Source of the DNA: Alphaproteobacteria bacterium
Lineage (GTDB): Bacteria; Pseudomonadota; Alphaproteobacteria; Rs-D84; CACZYB01
Assembly: GCA_009785175.1 (NCBI GenBank)
Contig: WQWV01000002.1
Location: 22,749 to 86,748, forward strand
DNA: 64,000 nt
Direction of reading: 5' to 3'
Shown: one piece after another, positions 8,590 through 17,885 of the stretch
How the letters are laid out: each line of letters opens with the position of its first letter
Numbering within the stretch: position 1 is the stretch's first letter
Position numbers and translations under genes: made by a program
Notes under the pieces: model-generated
Seen by the model: the letters and a program-made list of their open reading frames with translations, nothing else
Database searches by the model: none
What the model was told of the DNA's origin: nothing

Positions 8590-9051
8590 TTAACTATGCG
8601 CCCTTGTAATCGCGATCGCAAGCGCGTCGGCTGAGTGCTCGGAATCGGTTGCGGGTTTGCCAAGCAGCACGCCGACCATCATTTGAATTTGTTCCTTGGT
8701 CGCATGGCCCACACCGGTGATAGATTTTTTCACGAGATTAGGCGAAAATTCCGCGACAGGAATTCCAAACAACGCAGGCACAACAAAAGCCACTCCGCGA
8801 GCCGCGCCAAGTTTCAAAGTCGATTGCGGATTCATGTTCACGAACACGTCTTCTATCGCGGCGGCGGAGGGAGCGAACTTTTCCACAACCTCGCGCAGGC
8901 CGTCGTGTATCAATTTAAGGCGTTCGGACATGGGCGCCTTCTCGGGAACCTTGATCGTCCCGTTTGCGATGTGGACAAGGCTGTTGCCGCGACGCTCTAT
9001 GACTCCCCAGCCGGTGAAGCGAAGGCCGGGATCTATGCCGAGTATTATCAT
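8590..9051 (-). CDS. ruvC: crossover junction endodeoxyribonuclease RuvC
   Basis: 153 aa MIILGIDPGLRFTGWGVIE... with conserved D7, E, D, D catalytic pattern of RuvC. Confidence 0.9.
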   Translation of the reverse strand: MIILGIDPGLRFTGWGVIERRGNSLVHIANGTIKVPEKAPMSERLKLIHDGLREVVEKFAPSAAAIEDVFVNMNPQSTLKLGAARGVAFVVPALFGIPVAEFSPNLVKKSITGVGHATKEQIQMMVGVLLGKPATDSEHSADALAIAITRAHS

Positions 9052-9059
9052 AATATATC

Positions 9060-9150
9060 CTCCGATAAAGCTCCGTTAGGAGCTTGCGCGCACCACGCCG
9101 CCCCCACGCTGTGCGTGCGCGCCCTTCGGGCTCGCCGCCCTGCTCGGCGT
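9060..9150. repeat. R3 structured repeat copy, reverse orientation
   Basis: rc reads ...acgccgagcagggcggcgagcccgaagggcgcgcacgcacagcgtgggggcggcgtggtgcgcgca... Confidence 0.8.
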
Positions 9151-9166
9151 GGTTTGCCCTTTATCA

Positions 9167-10489
9167 TCATGGCGCCAATCTATTCGGGCCGCGGAATAGG
9201 AACTGTGCATCGCGGATCGAATCCAGGTTCAGGAGCTGCTTGGCTATCCTTTGGCCGCCCATGCCCCAACCGCCGTGCGGAGGCATGCCGAAACGGAAGA
9301 AGTTGGCGAACCACTGAAGCCCTTCGAGCTTCAATTTCTTCTCGGCGATCTGGGCCACAAGCTTCTCGTAATTCTCTTCGCGCTGCGCCGTGGTCGCTAT
9401 TTCCACACCCTTATAAAGCAAGTCGGCCGAGATCGAAATCGGCGATACGCCGTCGTCGCTTGAAACTCCCTTCTTGTGATAGAAAGGCCGCGCGCTCCAC
9501 GGGAATTCGGTTATGAACACAAAGTCGGAGCCAAGCTCGGCCGATACGTATTCGCCAATAGCCTTTTCCTCGGCGGTGGTCATATCGCCATCGGCAACAT
9601 CGTGGCCGCGCGATTTTAGGATTTCGCGAGCCTTGTGCATGGTCAGGCGCACCATAGGTTTTTTAAGGCCGATGTCCTTTATGCCCAGGTGCTTTTCGAT
9701 TTCCGCGCCACAGGATTTATCCACCTCGGCAAGCACCGCGGCAAGAGATCCCTCGAGCATATCCATAACGTCGCTGAAAGAATCGATATATCCCATCTCG
9801 GCGTCGTGGCCGATGAACTCGGTCGCGTGGCGAGTGGTGAACGAGTTGTCGGCGCGGAAAACCGAACCGATTTCGAATACCTGCTCGAGCCCGGAGGCGA
9901 TGCCCATCTGCTTAAAGAACTGGGGCGATTGGGCAAGGTATGCCGTCTGGCCGAAATAGTCGAGCGAGAAAAGCTCGGCGTTAGATTCCGACGGAGATGC
10001 CATGAATTTGGGCGTGTGGATTCCTATGAAGCCTTTGGAAATCAGAAATTCGGAATAGCCGCGGTCGATGGCGGAGAGCGCCTTCATTATCGTGGCATCG
10101 CGTTCGCGGCGCAACGTCAAGAAGCGCCAGTCCATGCGCTTTTCGGCGCTGACCTCGTCATCGCCTTTTTCTATTATCGGAATCGGGAGAAGCGGGTCGG
10201 CCGCGGACATGACGTCCAAGCTTTCGATTTGAATCTCGAGCCCTTCCTTGGTGCTTTTGGTTTCGACTACGGCGCCGGTGATTTTGATTACCGATTCCGT
10301 GGCAAGCTCCTTTACGGTTTCGAATGCCGCGTTGTCCTTGCCGATAACGCATTGCACGGTGCCGGTGATGTCGCGCACGATTATGAACGCGACCGAGGAC
10401 TGTTTACGCAAAGTTTGCGCGTGGCCGGCGATGAGGACTTTCTTGCCGATATGGGCGGAAAGTTCGGATAGATGTATTCTGTTTTGCAT
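9167..10489 (-). CDS. class II aminoacyl-tRNA synthetase, archaeal-type aspartate--tRNA ligase / asparagine--tRNA ligase (cannot distinguish)
   Basis: 440 aa; N-terminal OB anticodon-binding domain, class II motifs (…FRADNSFTTRHATEF…, C-terminal GGWGMGGQR motif 3). Confidence 0.8.
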   Translation of the reverse strand: MQNRIHLSELSAHIGKKVLIAGHAQTLRKQSSVAFIIVRDITGTVQCVIGKDNAAFETVKELATESVIKITGAVVETKSTKEGLEIQIESLDVMSAADPLLPIPIIEKGDDEVSAEKRMDWRFLTLRRERDATIMKALSAIDRGYSEFLISKGFIGIHTPKFMASPSESNAELFSLDYFGQTAYLAQSPQFFKQMGIASGLEQVFEIGSVFRADNSFTTRHATEFIGHDAEMGYIDSFSDVMDMLEGSLAAVLAEVDKSCGAEIEKHLGIKDIGLKKPMVRLTMHKAREILKSRGHDVADGDMTTAEEKAIGEYVSAELGSDFVFITEFPWSARPFYHKKGVSSDDGVSPISISADLLYKGVEIATTAQREENYEKLVAQIAEKKLKLEGLQWFANFFRFGMPPHGGWGMGGQRIAKQLLNLDSIRDAQFLFRGPNRLAP

Positions 10490-10772
10490 GTTGGCTCCTT
10501 TGGTTAGTGCAAGGACGCGGAATTGCGTGGTGCCACCTTGCTTCGCTTTGCCGCCGGGGCGGCTCTGCCTCTTTATGTTTACGCCTCGCCATTGTCAGAG
10601 GGTCATGGGCGTTGAGTGGGATTATAGAACGGGGTGGGAAAATTGTCAATAGGGACGACCGATTCGCCGTTTTTCCTATTATTCCGAGCATTATTTTATT
10701 GAAAAAATCAAAATTTATCTCTTTGTATTTACCTATTTTATAAATTATTATTAACTTTTTGATAAAAACATA

Positions 10773-10805
10773 TTGACAATAATATAAATATGATGTTATT
10801 ATCAA
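10773..10805 (+). promoter_or_regulatory. promoter TTGACA-N18-TATTAT overlapping imperfect inverted repeat TTGACAATAA..TTATTATCAA (candidate NrtR operator) upstream of nadM-pncB-pncA
   Basis: seen in very AT-rich segment 10650-10845; IR arms 9/10 complementary. Confidence 0.35.
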
Positions 10806-10845
10806 ATTGTGAACAACAAATAAACCTAACTGAAAGGGTTCAAAA

Positions 10846-11115
10846 ATGAAATATGTAGAAAAAGAATCTACGCTTGCCAAAACCTTGTGCGTAAATTGTG
10901 AAAACTGTAAAAGCGATCCATGGTGCTTAACATACGATTGTTATGACAAAACCGGCAAAACCCCTCCCCCACCAAAAGGTAATTACACTGTCGGCATTAC
11001 CAACAGAACAGGCGATGAGCGTTATATCGATGGGAGCGTAGCGAAATGCGAAGCATTCATGCGGAGCACACAATCCCTTATACAACGTTCCAAGGGCTAT
11101 GGCTACGGAGCTTAA
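10846..11115 (+). CDS. small Cys-rich protein (89 aa, 8 Cys), hypothetical; GC-poor
   Basis: MKYVEKESTLAKTLCVNCENCKSDPWCLTYDCYDK...; GAAAGGG SD; no signal peptide. Confidence 0.4.
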   Translation: MKYVEKESTLAKTLCVNCENCKSDPWCLTYDCYDKTGKTPPPPKGNYTVGITNRTGDERYIDGSVAKCEAFMRSTQSLIQRSKGYGYGA

Positions 11116-11117
11116 AA

Positions 11118-11657
11118 ATGAAAATAGGCGGACGCGAAAATAAAAAGCACAAGATCGGATTGACCGTCCTTCGCGGTCAGCCGTTCCATATCGGACACGA
11201 CTCGCTTTTGCGTCGTATGTTGTCCGAGTGCGATATCGTCGTGGCTATGCTTGGAAGCGCGCAGGAGGCCCGCACCGCGGACAATCCCTTCACGGTCGCC
11301 GAGCGTATGAACATGATCGCTCCTTGGTTCGAAACTAACATCGCAAACGGAACGCTTTGCCTTGGCGCGATAGACGACCTTGGCAACGCGAAACTTTGGG
11401 CGGGATATGTCCTTGCGAAAGTTTGGAAAGATTTCGGCCTTGAGGCCACCGCATACTATTCCGGCGCAGAGAGGGACAGCGAGCTTTTCGCGGACGCCGG
11501 CATGGCGATCGAAAACCTTGACCGCAAGATCATTCCGATCTCTGCCTCAAAGATCCGTGCCGGTTTGCGAGCCGGGGACGAGGCCGTCCTTGAATTCATA
11601 TTCCCGTCGAACAGAGCGATCGTAAAACGAATTTTAACCAACCAAAACACACACTAA
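11118..11657 (+). CDS. nadM: nicotinamide/nicotinate mononucleotide adenylyltransferase, NadM-like cytidylyltransferase
   Basis: 179 aa; (H/T)xGH motif GQPFHIGH, C-terminal ISASKIR (SxTxIR-like) motif of nucleotidyltransferase superfamily. Confidence 0.7.
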   Translation: MKIGGRENKKHKIGLTVLRGQPFHIGHDSLLRRMLSECDIVVAMLGSAQEARTADNPFTVAERMNMIAPWFETNIANGTLCLGAIDDLGNAKLWAGYVLAKVWKDFGLEATAYYSGAERDSELFADAGMAIENLDRKIIPISASKIRAGLRAGDEAVLEFIFPSNRAIVKRILTNQNTH

Positions 11658-11674
11658 ACAAAAGGAAAAACAAA

Positions 11675-13168
11675 ATGAAAAACGTAAACAAAAATACCCC
11701 CCCCCATAACAAATTCTGGTGCGACCTTTATCACCTTACAATGGCGCAGGCCATGTTCCTTGAGGGAACGCACAACGACCCCGAAACCCAGGAGATGTTC
11801 ATTCGCAAGAACCCCTTCAAGGGAGAGTTCACCGTCGTAGCAGGTCTTGCACCTGTGATAGAATGGATCGCCCAATACGGATTTTCGGACGACCAGCTTG
11901 CCTATCTTGCCAGTTTGAAAAACACCAACGGCACGCCCAGGTTCAAGCCGGAATTCCTAGAGCTCCTTAAAAACGAACCGCTACAAATAACCATAGACGC
12001 CATGCCCGAGGGAGAAATAGTATTCCCCAACGAACCCATCGTGCGGATTTCCGGGCCGGCATGGCAGGTAAACCTTGTCGAATCGGCGTTCCTTCAATCC
12101 ATAAACTCGGCATCGCTTATCGCCACAAAGGCCGCGCGCATAAAGGGCGCCGACGAAGGAAAAATCTTCGCCGAGTTCGGACTGCGCCGCGCCCAAAACC
12201 CCATGATGGCATCACGTAGCGCTATCATCGGCGGGTTCAACTCGACCTCGAACGTAGACGCAGGTTTCCAATACGGAATCCCCGTGTCCGGAACCCACGC
12301 GCACAGCTTTATCATGCGTAAAAAGACCGAGCAGGCCGCTTTCGAATCATGGCTTAAACACAATCCAGACAACGCCATGGTGCTGATCGACACATACGAC
12401 ACGATCAACGGGATCAAGCTTGCCATCGAGGCGTCGAAAAAGACCGGTGTGCCGTTGATGGGAGTGCGACTTGACTCGGGCGACCTTGCGGCGCTTTCGA
12501 TCGAGGTTAGGCAGCTACTTGACGCCGCCGGCATGAAGACCACCAAGATCGTGGCAAGCAACGACTTGAACGAATACAAGATCACCGAACTTAAAAAACG
12601 CGGAGCCAAAATCGACTTCTATGGCGTAGGCACCGACGTCGCGACCGGCGGCGACCAGCCCGCGCTTGGCGGAGTATACAAGCTCAAGAAAACCCAAGAC
12701 GGCAAGGTCATAAAATGCTCGGAAGACCCGATCAAAACAACTATACCCGGAGCCACGGAAACTATCCGAATCCTTAGCGAAACCGGCAACTTCAAGCGCG
12801 ACGTCATCACGACCCTAGGGTTCGTGGCGGCAAATGCGGGACGCCTTAGCAAAGACATGAACGGATCAAATATGGACGGATCCTTCGCATGGCCGTATAC
12901 AAAGGGCGAGCGGTTCTATAAACCGATGAGACGAATGGTAAGCCGAGGCAAGGTCAACCCGACGGCAACCAAGCGTTCGGTCATGGAGATCGCCGCGGAC
13001 GCCAAGGCAAACCTTGCAAAACTCGATGCCTCGCACAAGCGCATAACCGTTCCCGCCAAATATCCATATGAAGGCGAATATCCGACAGCCTATCCGGTCG
13101 ACGTCGAAATCGGTCTTTTCAAAGAGCGTAGACGCATGATCGAACAAGCAAAACAGAAACAAAAATAA
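11675..13168 (+). CDS. pncB: nicotinate phosphoribosyltransferase (type II PRTase; could alternatively be nicotinamide PRTase)
   Basis: 497 aa; N-terminal DLYHLTM motif of NAPRT/NAMPT family; adjacent pncA favours nicotinate specificity; C9 tract in codons 8-10. Confidence 0.7.
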   Translation: MKNVNKNTPPHNKFWCDLYHLTMAQAMFLEGTHNDPETQEMFIRKNPFKGEFTVVAGLAPVIEWIAQYGFSDDQLAYLASLKNTNGTPRFKPEFLELLKNEPLQITIDAMPEGEIVFPNEPIVRISGPAWQVNLVESAFLQSINSASLIATKAARIKGADEGKIFAEFGLRRAQNPMMASRSAIIGGFNSTSNVDAGFQYGIPVSGTHAHSFIMRKKTEQAAFESWLKHNPDNAMVLIDTYDTINGIKLAIEASKKTGVPLMGVRLDSGDLAALSIEVRQLLDAAGMKTTKIVASNDLNEYKITELKKRGAKIDFYGVGTDVATGGDQPALGGVYKLKKTQDGKVIKCSEDPIKTTIPGATETIRILSETGNFKRDVITTLGFVAANAGRLSKDMNGSNMDGSFAWPYTKGERFYKPMRRMVSRGKVNPTATKRSVMEIAADAKANLAKLDASHKRITVPAKYPYEGEYPTAYPVDVEIGLFKERRRMIEQAKQKQK

Positions 13169-13189
13169 AGAAAGAAAAAGGTGAATATT

Positions 13190-13918
13190 ATGAAAGCATT
13201 ATTTGCAAACAACACAAACGATACTAACAACGAAAAAGACTGGCTGTTCACGCATATCGAGGGTCAAAACGACTTCATGAAGGCCAAGGGCGTGCTTGGA
13301 AGCCAGGGGGCCGAGGATCTGATCGAACCCACCAACCGCTTTGTCCGCGAAGGTGTCAGAAGGAAGGCGTTCGGGCATATACTTACCACCGGCGATTACC
13401 ACGTCGAGGAGGAATACCTTGCTTGCACCTATTCCCCCGAGGGAGCGACGTATCCCCACCACTGCGGACCCGGAACGTGGGGCTTTGAATACGCCATAGA
13501 CTTTCCGGCCAAAGGTCCAATGCGCACCCAGCTTTGGAAAAAGGATACGAGCATGTGGCACAACTCTGCGACAATCAACGGCAAGCCCGCGAATGTCGAG
13601 GCGCGCTTCCCCAAACAAAAGTGGAAGATCGTAATGGGCGGCGTGTGCACCGACATCTGCGTCGAGCTTGCGTTCGAACAATTCCTTGTCCGCGGATACG
13701 AAGTCGTAATCCTTACCGATCTTGTCAAAGGATACCAGAAGGAAATCGCGCAGGTTGTAGCCGAAGGCGGCGTGATACCCGGCGGATACCAGAAATACAT
13801 CGCGACCGGACAGCTGCGCCTTATGACGTCCGAGCAGTTCATCGCCGAGAACGCGAAGGTAGCAGAAGCGGGAAACGCCAAGGTTGGCGCAATACGCGAT
13901 GCAAGGGCCGGGAGATAG
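13190..13918 (+). CDS. pncA: nicotinamidase / isochorismatase-family cysteine hydrolase
   Basis: GVCTDICV catalytic-Cys motif, D and K of triad present; ATG 13190 preceded by AAGGTG. Confidence 0.7.
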   Translation: MKALFANNTNDTNNEKDWLFTHIEGQNDFMKAKGVLGSQGAEDLIEPTNRFVREGVRRKAFGHILTTGDYHVEEEYLACTYSPEGATYPHHCGPGTWGFEYAIDFPAKGPMRTQLWKKDTSMWHNSATINGKPANVEARFPKQKWKIVMGGVCTDICVELAFEQFLVRGYEVVILTDLVKGYQKEIAQVVAEGGVIPGGYQKYIATGQLRLMTSEQFIAENAKVAEAGNAKVGAIRDARAGR

Positions 13919-13965
13919 CGCGCCAAAACATGGGGAGGATCGTTGGTTTCCTCCCCTGAAATATA

Positions 13966-13993
13966 TTGACAAAAGATATTTTGTGGTTAATAT
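13966..13993 (+). promoter_or_regulatory. promoter TTGACA-N16-TAATAT with palindrome ACAAAAGATATTTTGT (candidate NrtR operator) upstream of nadE-nudix-nrtR
   Basis: 14/16 palindrome overlapping -35/spacer. Confidence 0.35.
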
Positions 13994-14015
13994 TAACAAA
14001 ATAGGAAAAACTGAA

Positions 14016-15467
14016 ATGTTGGATAAAAATAAGATTGTGATCGCCCAGCTTAACCCCATTGTCGGGGACATAAAGGACAATGCACGAAAAATCATAGAAG
14101 CATACCGTGCGGCGGCGGACGGGACGGATTTAATCATCACTCCCGCCGACGCGTTGACCGGCGCGCCGCTTGGCGACCTTGCGGGAAACCAGGATTTTCT
14201 TGTTGAGGTCGAGCGCGAAATGGCGCTTCTTGCAGGCAAGATTGGGAAAGCGCCGATTGTAGTTTCGATAGGCGGCAACATCTATCTTATCCAAAACGGC
14301 AAGGTCGAGATGGGGAACGATTTCGTCCTTGGCAAAACCAATGTCCGTGTCGCGTCGAATGGCACGAACGTGCCCATCTGGAATCCGGGAATCTATATAT
14401 CGCTTGATACTATCCCGTTTAGAATCGGGCGGGCCGAGGAGCGTGAAAAGCTTGCCCGGGACGCGTCAAAAACACAGGACGTGATCTGGGTCAACCGAGT
14501 CGGAGCAGAGGGAGAGCATATCTTCGACGGCGGAAGCTTTGCGATCGCAAAGGGCGGGGAAAAAATCTTCCAGATGCCGCGATGGATAGAGGGCGTGCAA
14601 ACGGTTGTAAAACAAAACTCCCTGCCCGCACAGGAATCCGAAATCTCGGAAATGTATAACGCCGCCGTGCTGGGCCTTAGCGACTACTATGTCAAGAACG
14701 GCTTCTTCAAGGGCGTGCTTTTGGGAATGTCGGGCGGGCTTGATTCCGCGCTTGTGTTCGCAATCGCCGCAGCCGCAATCGGTGCGAAGGCCGTGCGTCC
14801 CGTCGCAATGCCGTCAAAATACACGACGGGGGCAAGCAACTCCTTAGCGGAGGAAATGTGCAAGAACTATGGCGTGGAATTACAGGTCGAACCGATAGAG
14901 CACATGGTCGAACCTTTCCGTAAAACGCTTGATCCGAAACGCAGTATCACCGACGAGAACCTTCAGGCGCGCGTGCGCGGAATGCTTTTGATGGGAATAT
15001 CGAACGAGGAGGATCGGCTTTTGCTTTCCACATCGAACAAATCCGAAGTTGCGGTCGGCTATGGCACGCTTTACGGCGACATGTGCGGCGGATACAACCC
15101 CATCAAGGACATCTATAAAACCGATGCCTTCGAAATGTGCCGGCATATAAACAAGCAGGCCGGTCGCGAGATGATACCCGCCGAAATAATCAACCGCGCG
15201 CCGTCGGCGGAACTTAGCGCAGGGCAGAAGGACAGCGACTCGCTTCCGCCGTATCCCGTGCTTGACCATATAATAAAATCGCTTGTCGAGGACGGGTTGC
15301 CGGTCGATAAGATAGACGCAGACCGAGCCACTGTCCTTAGGGTCGCAAAAATGATCCAAAATGCCGAGTTCAAGCGGAGCCAAGCTTGTATCGGGCCCTC
15401 TATTTCCAAACGAGCGTTCGCCGATACCAACATGCCTGTGTTAAATAAATTCGAGAGGCAGAGATGA
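14016..15467 (+). CDS. nadE: glutamine-dependent NAD+ synthetase (N-terminal nitrilase/CN-hydrolase domain + NAD synthetase domain)
   Basis: C-terminal domain has SGGLDS PP-loop; N-terminal carbon-nitrogen hydrolase domain; 483 aa from ATG 14016. Confidence 0.85.
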   Translation: MLDKNKIVIAQLNPIVGDIKDNARKIIEAYRAAADGTDLIITPADALTGAPLGDLAGNQDFLVEVEREMALLAGKIGKAPIVVSIGGNIYLIQNGKVEMGNDFVLGKTNVRVASNGTNVPIWNPGIYISLDTIPFRIGRAEEREKLARDASKTQDVIWVNRVGAEGEHIFDGGSFAIAKGGEKIFQMPRWIEGVQTVVKQNSLPAQESEISEMYNAAVLGLSDYYVKNGFFKGVLLGMSGGLDSALVFAIAAAAIGAKAVRPVAMPSKYTTGASNSLAEEMCKNYGVELQVEPIEHMVEPFRKTLDPKRSITDENLQARVRGMLLMGISNEEDRLLLSTSNKSEVAVGYGTLYGDMCGGYNPIKDIYKTDAFEMCRHINKQAGREMIPAEIINRAPSAELSAGQKDSDSLPPYPVLDHIIKSLVEDGLPVDKIDADRATVLRVAKMIQNAEFKRSQACIGPSISKRAFADTNMPVLNKFERQR

Positions 15468-16069
15468 TAAAATTTCCAATGATCAACCGCCCACGAACCG
15501 TGATCCCGGACGATGCAAAACTTGTATACGACTCGGGCAGTATTTTGAAAACATACGAGTATGAGCAGGCGCAATTCGACGGGACGGCACGCAAATACGC
15601 GCTTGGCTGGCTTCGCGATTCCGCGTTTTGTATTCCGGTCAAAAACGAACGCTCCGTAATAATGCTTGAGCAGGAACAGGCCGGAGCCGCCGCCCCATTC
15701 TATGGTTTGCCCGGCGGATTCGTCGACGACGGAGAAGAACACGAGGGTGCGGCAAAACGCGAACTTGTCGAAGAGACCGGACACAAAAGCGACACCTTGA
15801 TCCACTTCATCGAACACAACAAATCGGATAAGATCGCTAATACCGAAAGCATATTCATAGCATACGACTGCGAGCGTGTAGGCGCGCAAAAACTCGACGC
15901 CGCGGAAAAAATAAAGGCTTTCGAAATCTCTATCCGCGAATTTATATGCGACATGCTTGTCCACCCCGATTTCCGCGAGAAATGGATCATGCAATATCTT
16001 GCCTTGCGATTTTCACGAAAAAAGCTTATAAATATATTAAAGGAAAACAAGTTCACAAAACAGAGGTAG
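15464..16069 (+). CDS. Nudix hydrolase (probable ADP-ribose pyrophosphatase)
   Basis: canonical Nudix box GGFVDDGEEHEGAAKRELVEETGH; overlaps nadE stop. Confidence 0.75.
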   Translation: MIKFPMINRPRTVIPDDAKLVYDSGSILKTYEYEQAQFDGTARKYALGWLRDSAFCIPVKNERSVIMLEQEQAGAAAPFYGLPGGFVDDGEEHEGAAKRELVEETGHKSDTLIHFIEHNKSDKIANTESIFIAYDCERVGAQKLDAAEKIKAFEISIREFICDMLVHPDFREKWIMQYLALRFSRKKLINILKENKFTKQR

Positions 16070-16074
16070 GAGAT

Positions 16075-16824
16075 ATGGCAACTATATACAAATCCGAAGG
16101 CGAATTTTTGGCCGCGTATGACGCGAACGCCTTCGACCGACCTTCCGCCACCTCGGATGTGCTTATATTTTCCGTATCGTCCTCAGAAGGCGAGAACTGG
16201 CGACGCGCCGCCAAAAAGGCGTTCAGCGTATTGCTTGTAAAACGCGACGACTATCCGTTTTTGGGCAAATGGAACCTGCCGGGCGGATTCGTAAAAATCG
16301 ATGAAACATCGGCCAACGCGGCTATGAGAATTTTGAAGAACGAAACCGGAGTTGCCGATAAAATCCACCTCGAGCAGCTATACACTTTCGATACGCCAAA
16401 CCGCGATCCGCGAACACGCGTGATTTCCATCGCGCACATGGCGCTTGTCGACAAGGCCCTGCTTCACTATGCCGCCGAGCGCGTCGCGAAATGGTTCGAT
16501 GTCGAGATGAAGGACGGGCGACTTTCGCTTTGTTCGGACGGGGAGTGTTTGTCGGGCGGCGACCTTGCCTTCGACCATGCCGAGATAATCAAAACCGGCG
16601 TGCTTCGCATGCGCGGGAAAATCGAATACACCGACATAGTTTTCGACATGATGCCCGCCGAATTCACGCTTGGCGAACTGCAACAGGTATACGAGGCCGT
16701 GTTGGATCGGAAACTTCTGCCCGCCGCTTTCCGCCGTGTGATCGCGGACAAGGTCGAGGCGACCGGCGGAATGCAGACCGGTTTGGGGCACCGCCCGTCG
16801 GCGCTTTTCAGATACAAAAGATAA
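16075..16824 (+). CDS. nrtR: NrtR-type Nudix-related transcriptional regulator of NAD metabolism (degenerate Nudix domain + C-terminal winged helix)
   Basis: 249 aa; degenerate Nudix signature GGFVKIDETSANAAMRILKNETGV; C-terminal ~100 aa basic domain; located inside NAD salvage cluster; AGGAGA SD. Confidence 0.65.
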   Translation: MATIYKSEGEFLAAYDANAFDRPSATSDVLIFSVSSSEGENWRRAAKKAFSVLLVKRDDYPFLGKWNLPGGFVKIDETSANAAMRILKNETGVADKIHLEQLYTFDTPNRDPRTRVISIAHMALVDKALLHYAAERVAKWFDVEMKDGRLSLCSDGECLSGGDLAFDHAEIIKTGVLRMRGKIEYTDIVFDMMPAEFTLGELQQVYEAVLDRKLLPAAFRRVIADKVEATGGMQTGLGHRPSALFRYKR

Positions 16825-16893
16825 CGGGCGTTGCCGCGGGGCGAAGAAAAGCCTTGCATTTCCTATGCGGTGTGTGTATAAGTGTGCATCTAT

Positions 16894-16970
16894 CGCGGGA
16901 TAGAGCAGCCTGGTAGCTCGCAAGGCTCATAACCTTGAGGTCATTGGTTCAAATCCAATTCCCGCAACCA
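16894..16970 (+). tRNA. tRNA-Met (anticodon CAT), initiator-like (C1:A72 mismatch, sequence close to fMet tRNA)
   Basis: cloverleaf: acceptor CGCGGGA/TCCCGCA with C1-A72, D arm GAGC-AGCCTGGTA-GCTC, anticodon loop CTCATAA, T arm, CCA encoded. Confidence 0.85.
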
Positions 16971-16985
16971 ATTCAAATAAAAAAT

Positions 16986-17006
16986 GCCCCCTAGTGGGGC
17001 GTTTTC
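16986..17006 (+). terminator. rho-independent terminator hairpin GCCCC-ctagt-GGGGC + T run after tRNA-Met
   Basis: perfect 5-bp GC stem followed by GTTTTCTT. Confidence 0.55.
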
Positions 17007-17130
17007 TTATTTGAAGTGATTATGGAACGGTTTTAACCAATGGAAAAATTGGTTCACCCGCGGGCAATAGGCGGAATAACGCCGGTTTGCGAAGCAAAAT
17101 TGCCAAGGGCCGTCGAGCGCAGCGAAGACG

Positions 17131-17150
17131 AAATCCAATTCCCGCAACCA
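17131..17150 (+). repeat. exact 20-nt direct repeat of tRNA-Met 3' end (AAATCCAATTCCCGCAACCA), 180 bp downstream of the gene
   Basis: identical to 16951-16970. Confidence 0.9.
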
Positions 17151-17185
17151 AAATAAATGAAACCGTCCCTTGGGGCGGTTTTTGC
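17150..17185 (+). repeat. direct repeat DR-left CAAAATAAatgaAACCGTCCcTTgGGGCGGTTTTT (hairpin + T run); partner at 17844-17877
   Basis: about 34 nt, 28 identical to 17844-17877; the pair flanks a single GC-poor reverse-strand ORF. Confidence 0.75.
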
Positions 17186-17245
17186 ATACCGGTGCTGGCT
17201 TACGCCAAGTTCAGGATTAAAAGTAGAAAAAATTGGTTTGAAGGC

Positions 17246-17707
17246 TTAGCTTTGAACCAACAACAACGGATAAGAAACAGGGGGATTAGAAAAATAAACG
17301 CGAACATCTCCTCCTTCTTCCATAAGTTCTATCATCTCGGCATTTCCTCTTTCGATAAGCTTAAAGCTAGGCTTGCCTAGATAATCGTGCTTGAATTTAG
17401 TGTAATCAGCAAGTGTGAAGTCGCAATCGCCAAGCTCTGGTCGGGTAATGTCCAGTTTCCTAATTTTCAATATATGCAGGATACCCGCTGGAGTATCCAG
17501 TGGCGGAATTTCATATACTTTGCCAGACGGGGTATCGTCTACTACGCGTCCGATAGAAGCGGCTTCGGCGTCCATATTTACATAAGAGGTTTCATCTTGT
17601 GCAAATATACAAACCCAGCTAAGAATTGCGTCGGGTTCTCCAACGGTTTTATCTTTCAAGGCTAGGCATTTCTTGACTATTTCTAAAATGAGCGGCTTTA
17701 GCTGCAT
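17246..17707 (-). CDS. hypothetical protein (153 aa), GC-poor, flanked by direct repeats
   Basis: ORF with AAGGAGATATGCCATG context; no recognisable motif. Confidence 0.45.
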   Translation of the reverse strand: MQLKPLILEIVKKCLALKDKTVGEPDAILSWVCIFAQDETSYVNMDAEAASIGRVVDDTPSGKVYEIPPLDTPAGILHILKIRKLDITRPELGDCDFTLADYTKFKHDYLGKPSFKLIERGNAEMIELMEEGGDVRVYFSNPPVSYPLLLVQS

Positions 17708-17843
17708 GGCATATCTCCTTCGTGGAATTATATAGTAATTATTTTACGAATCAATCAACTTCTCCCTAAAACCCCTAATCTCCCTCGCCAAACCCGCAAA
17801 CTCCGCGAAGTCAGCAGCTATGAACTTGCTTATTTCGCTCAAT

Positions 17844-17877
17844 CAAAATAAGCAAACCGTCCTTAGGGCGGTTTTTT
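17844..17877 (+). repeat. direct repeat DR-right CAAAATAAgcaAACCGTCCTTAGGGCGGTTTTTT
   Basis: see 17150-17185. Confidence 0.75.
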
Positions 17878-17885
17878 ATTGAAAC

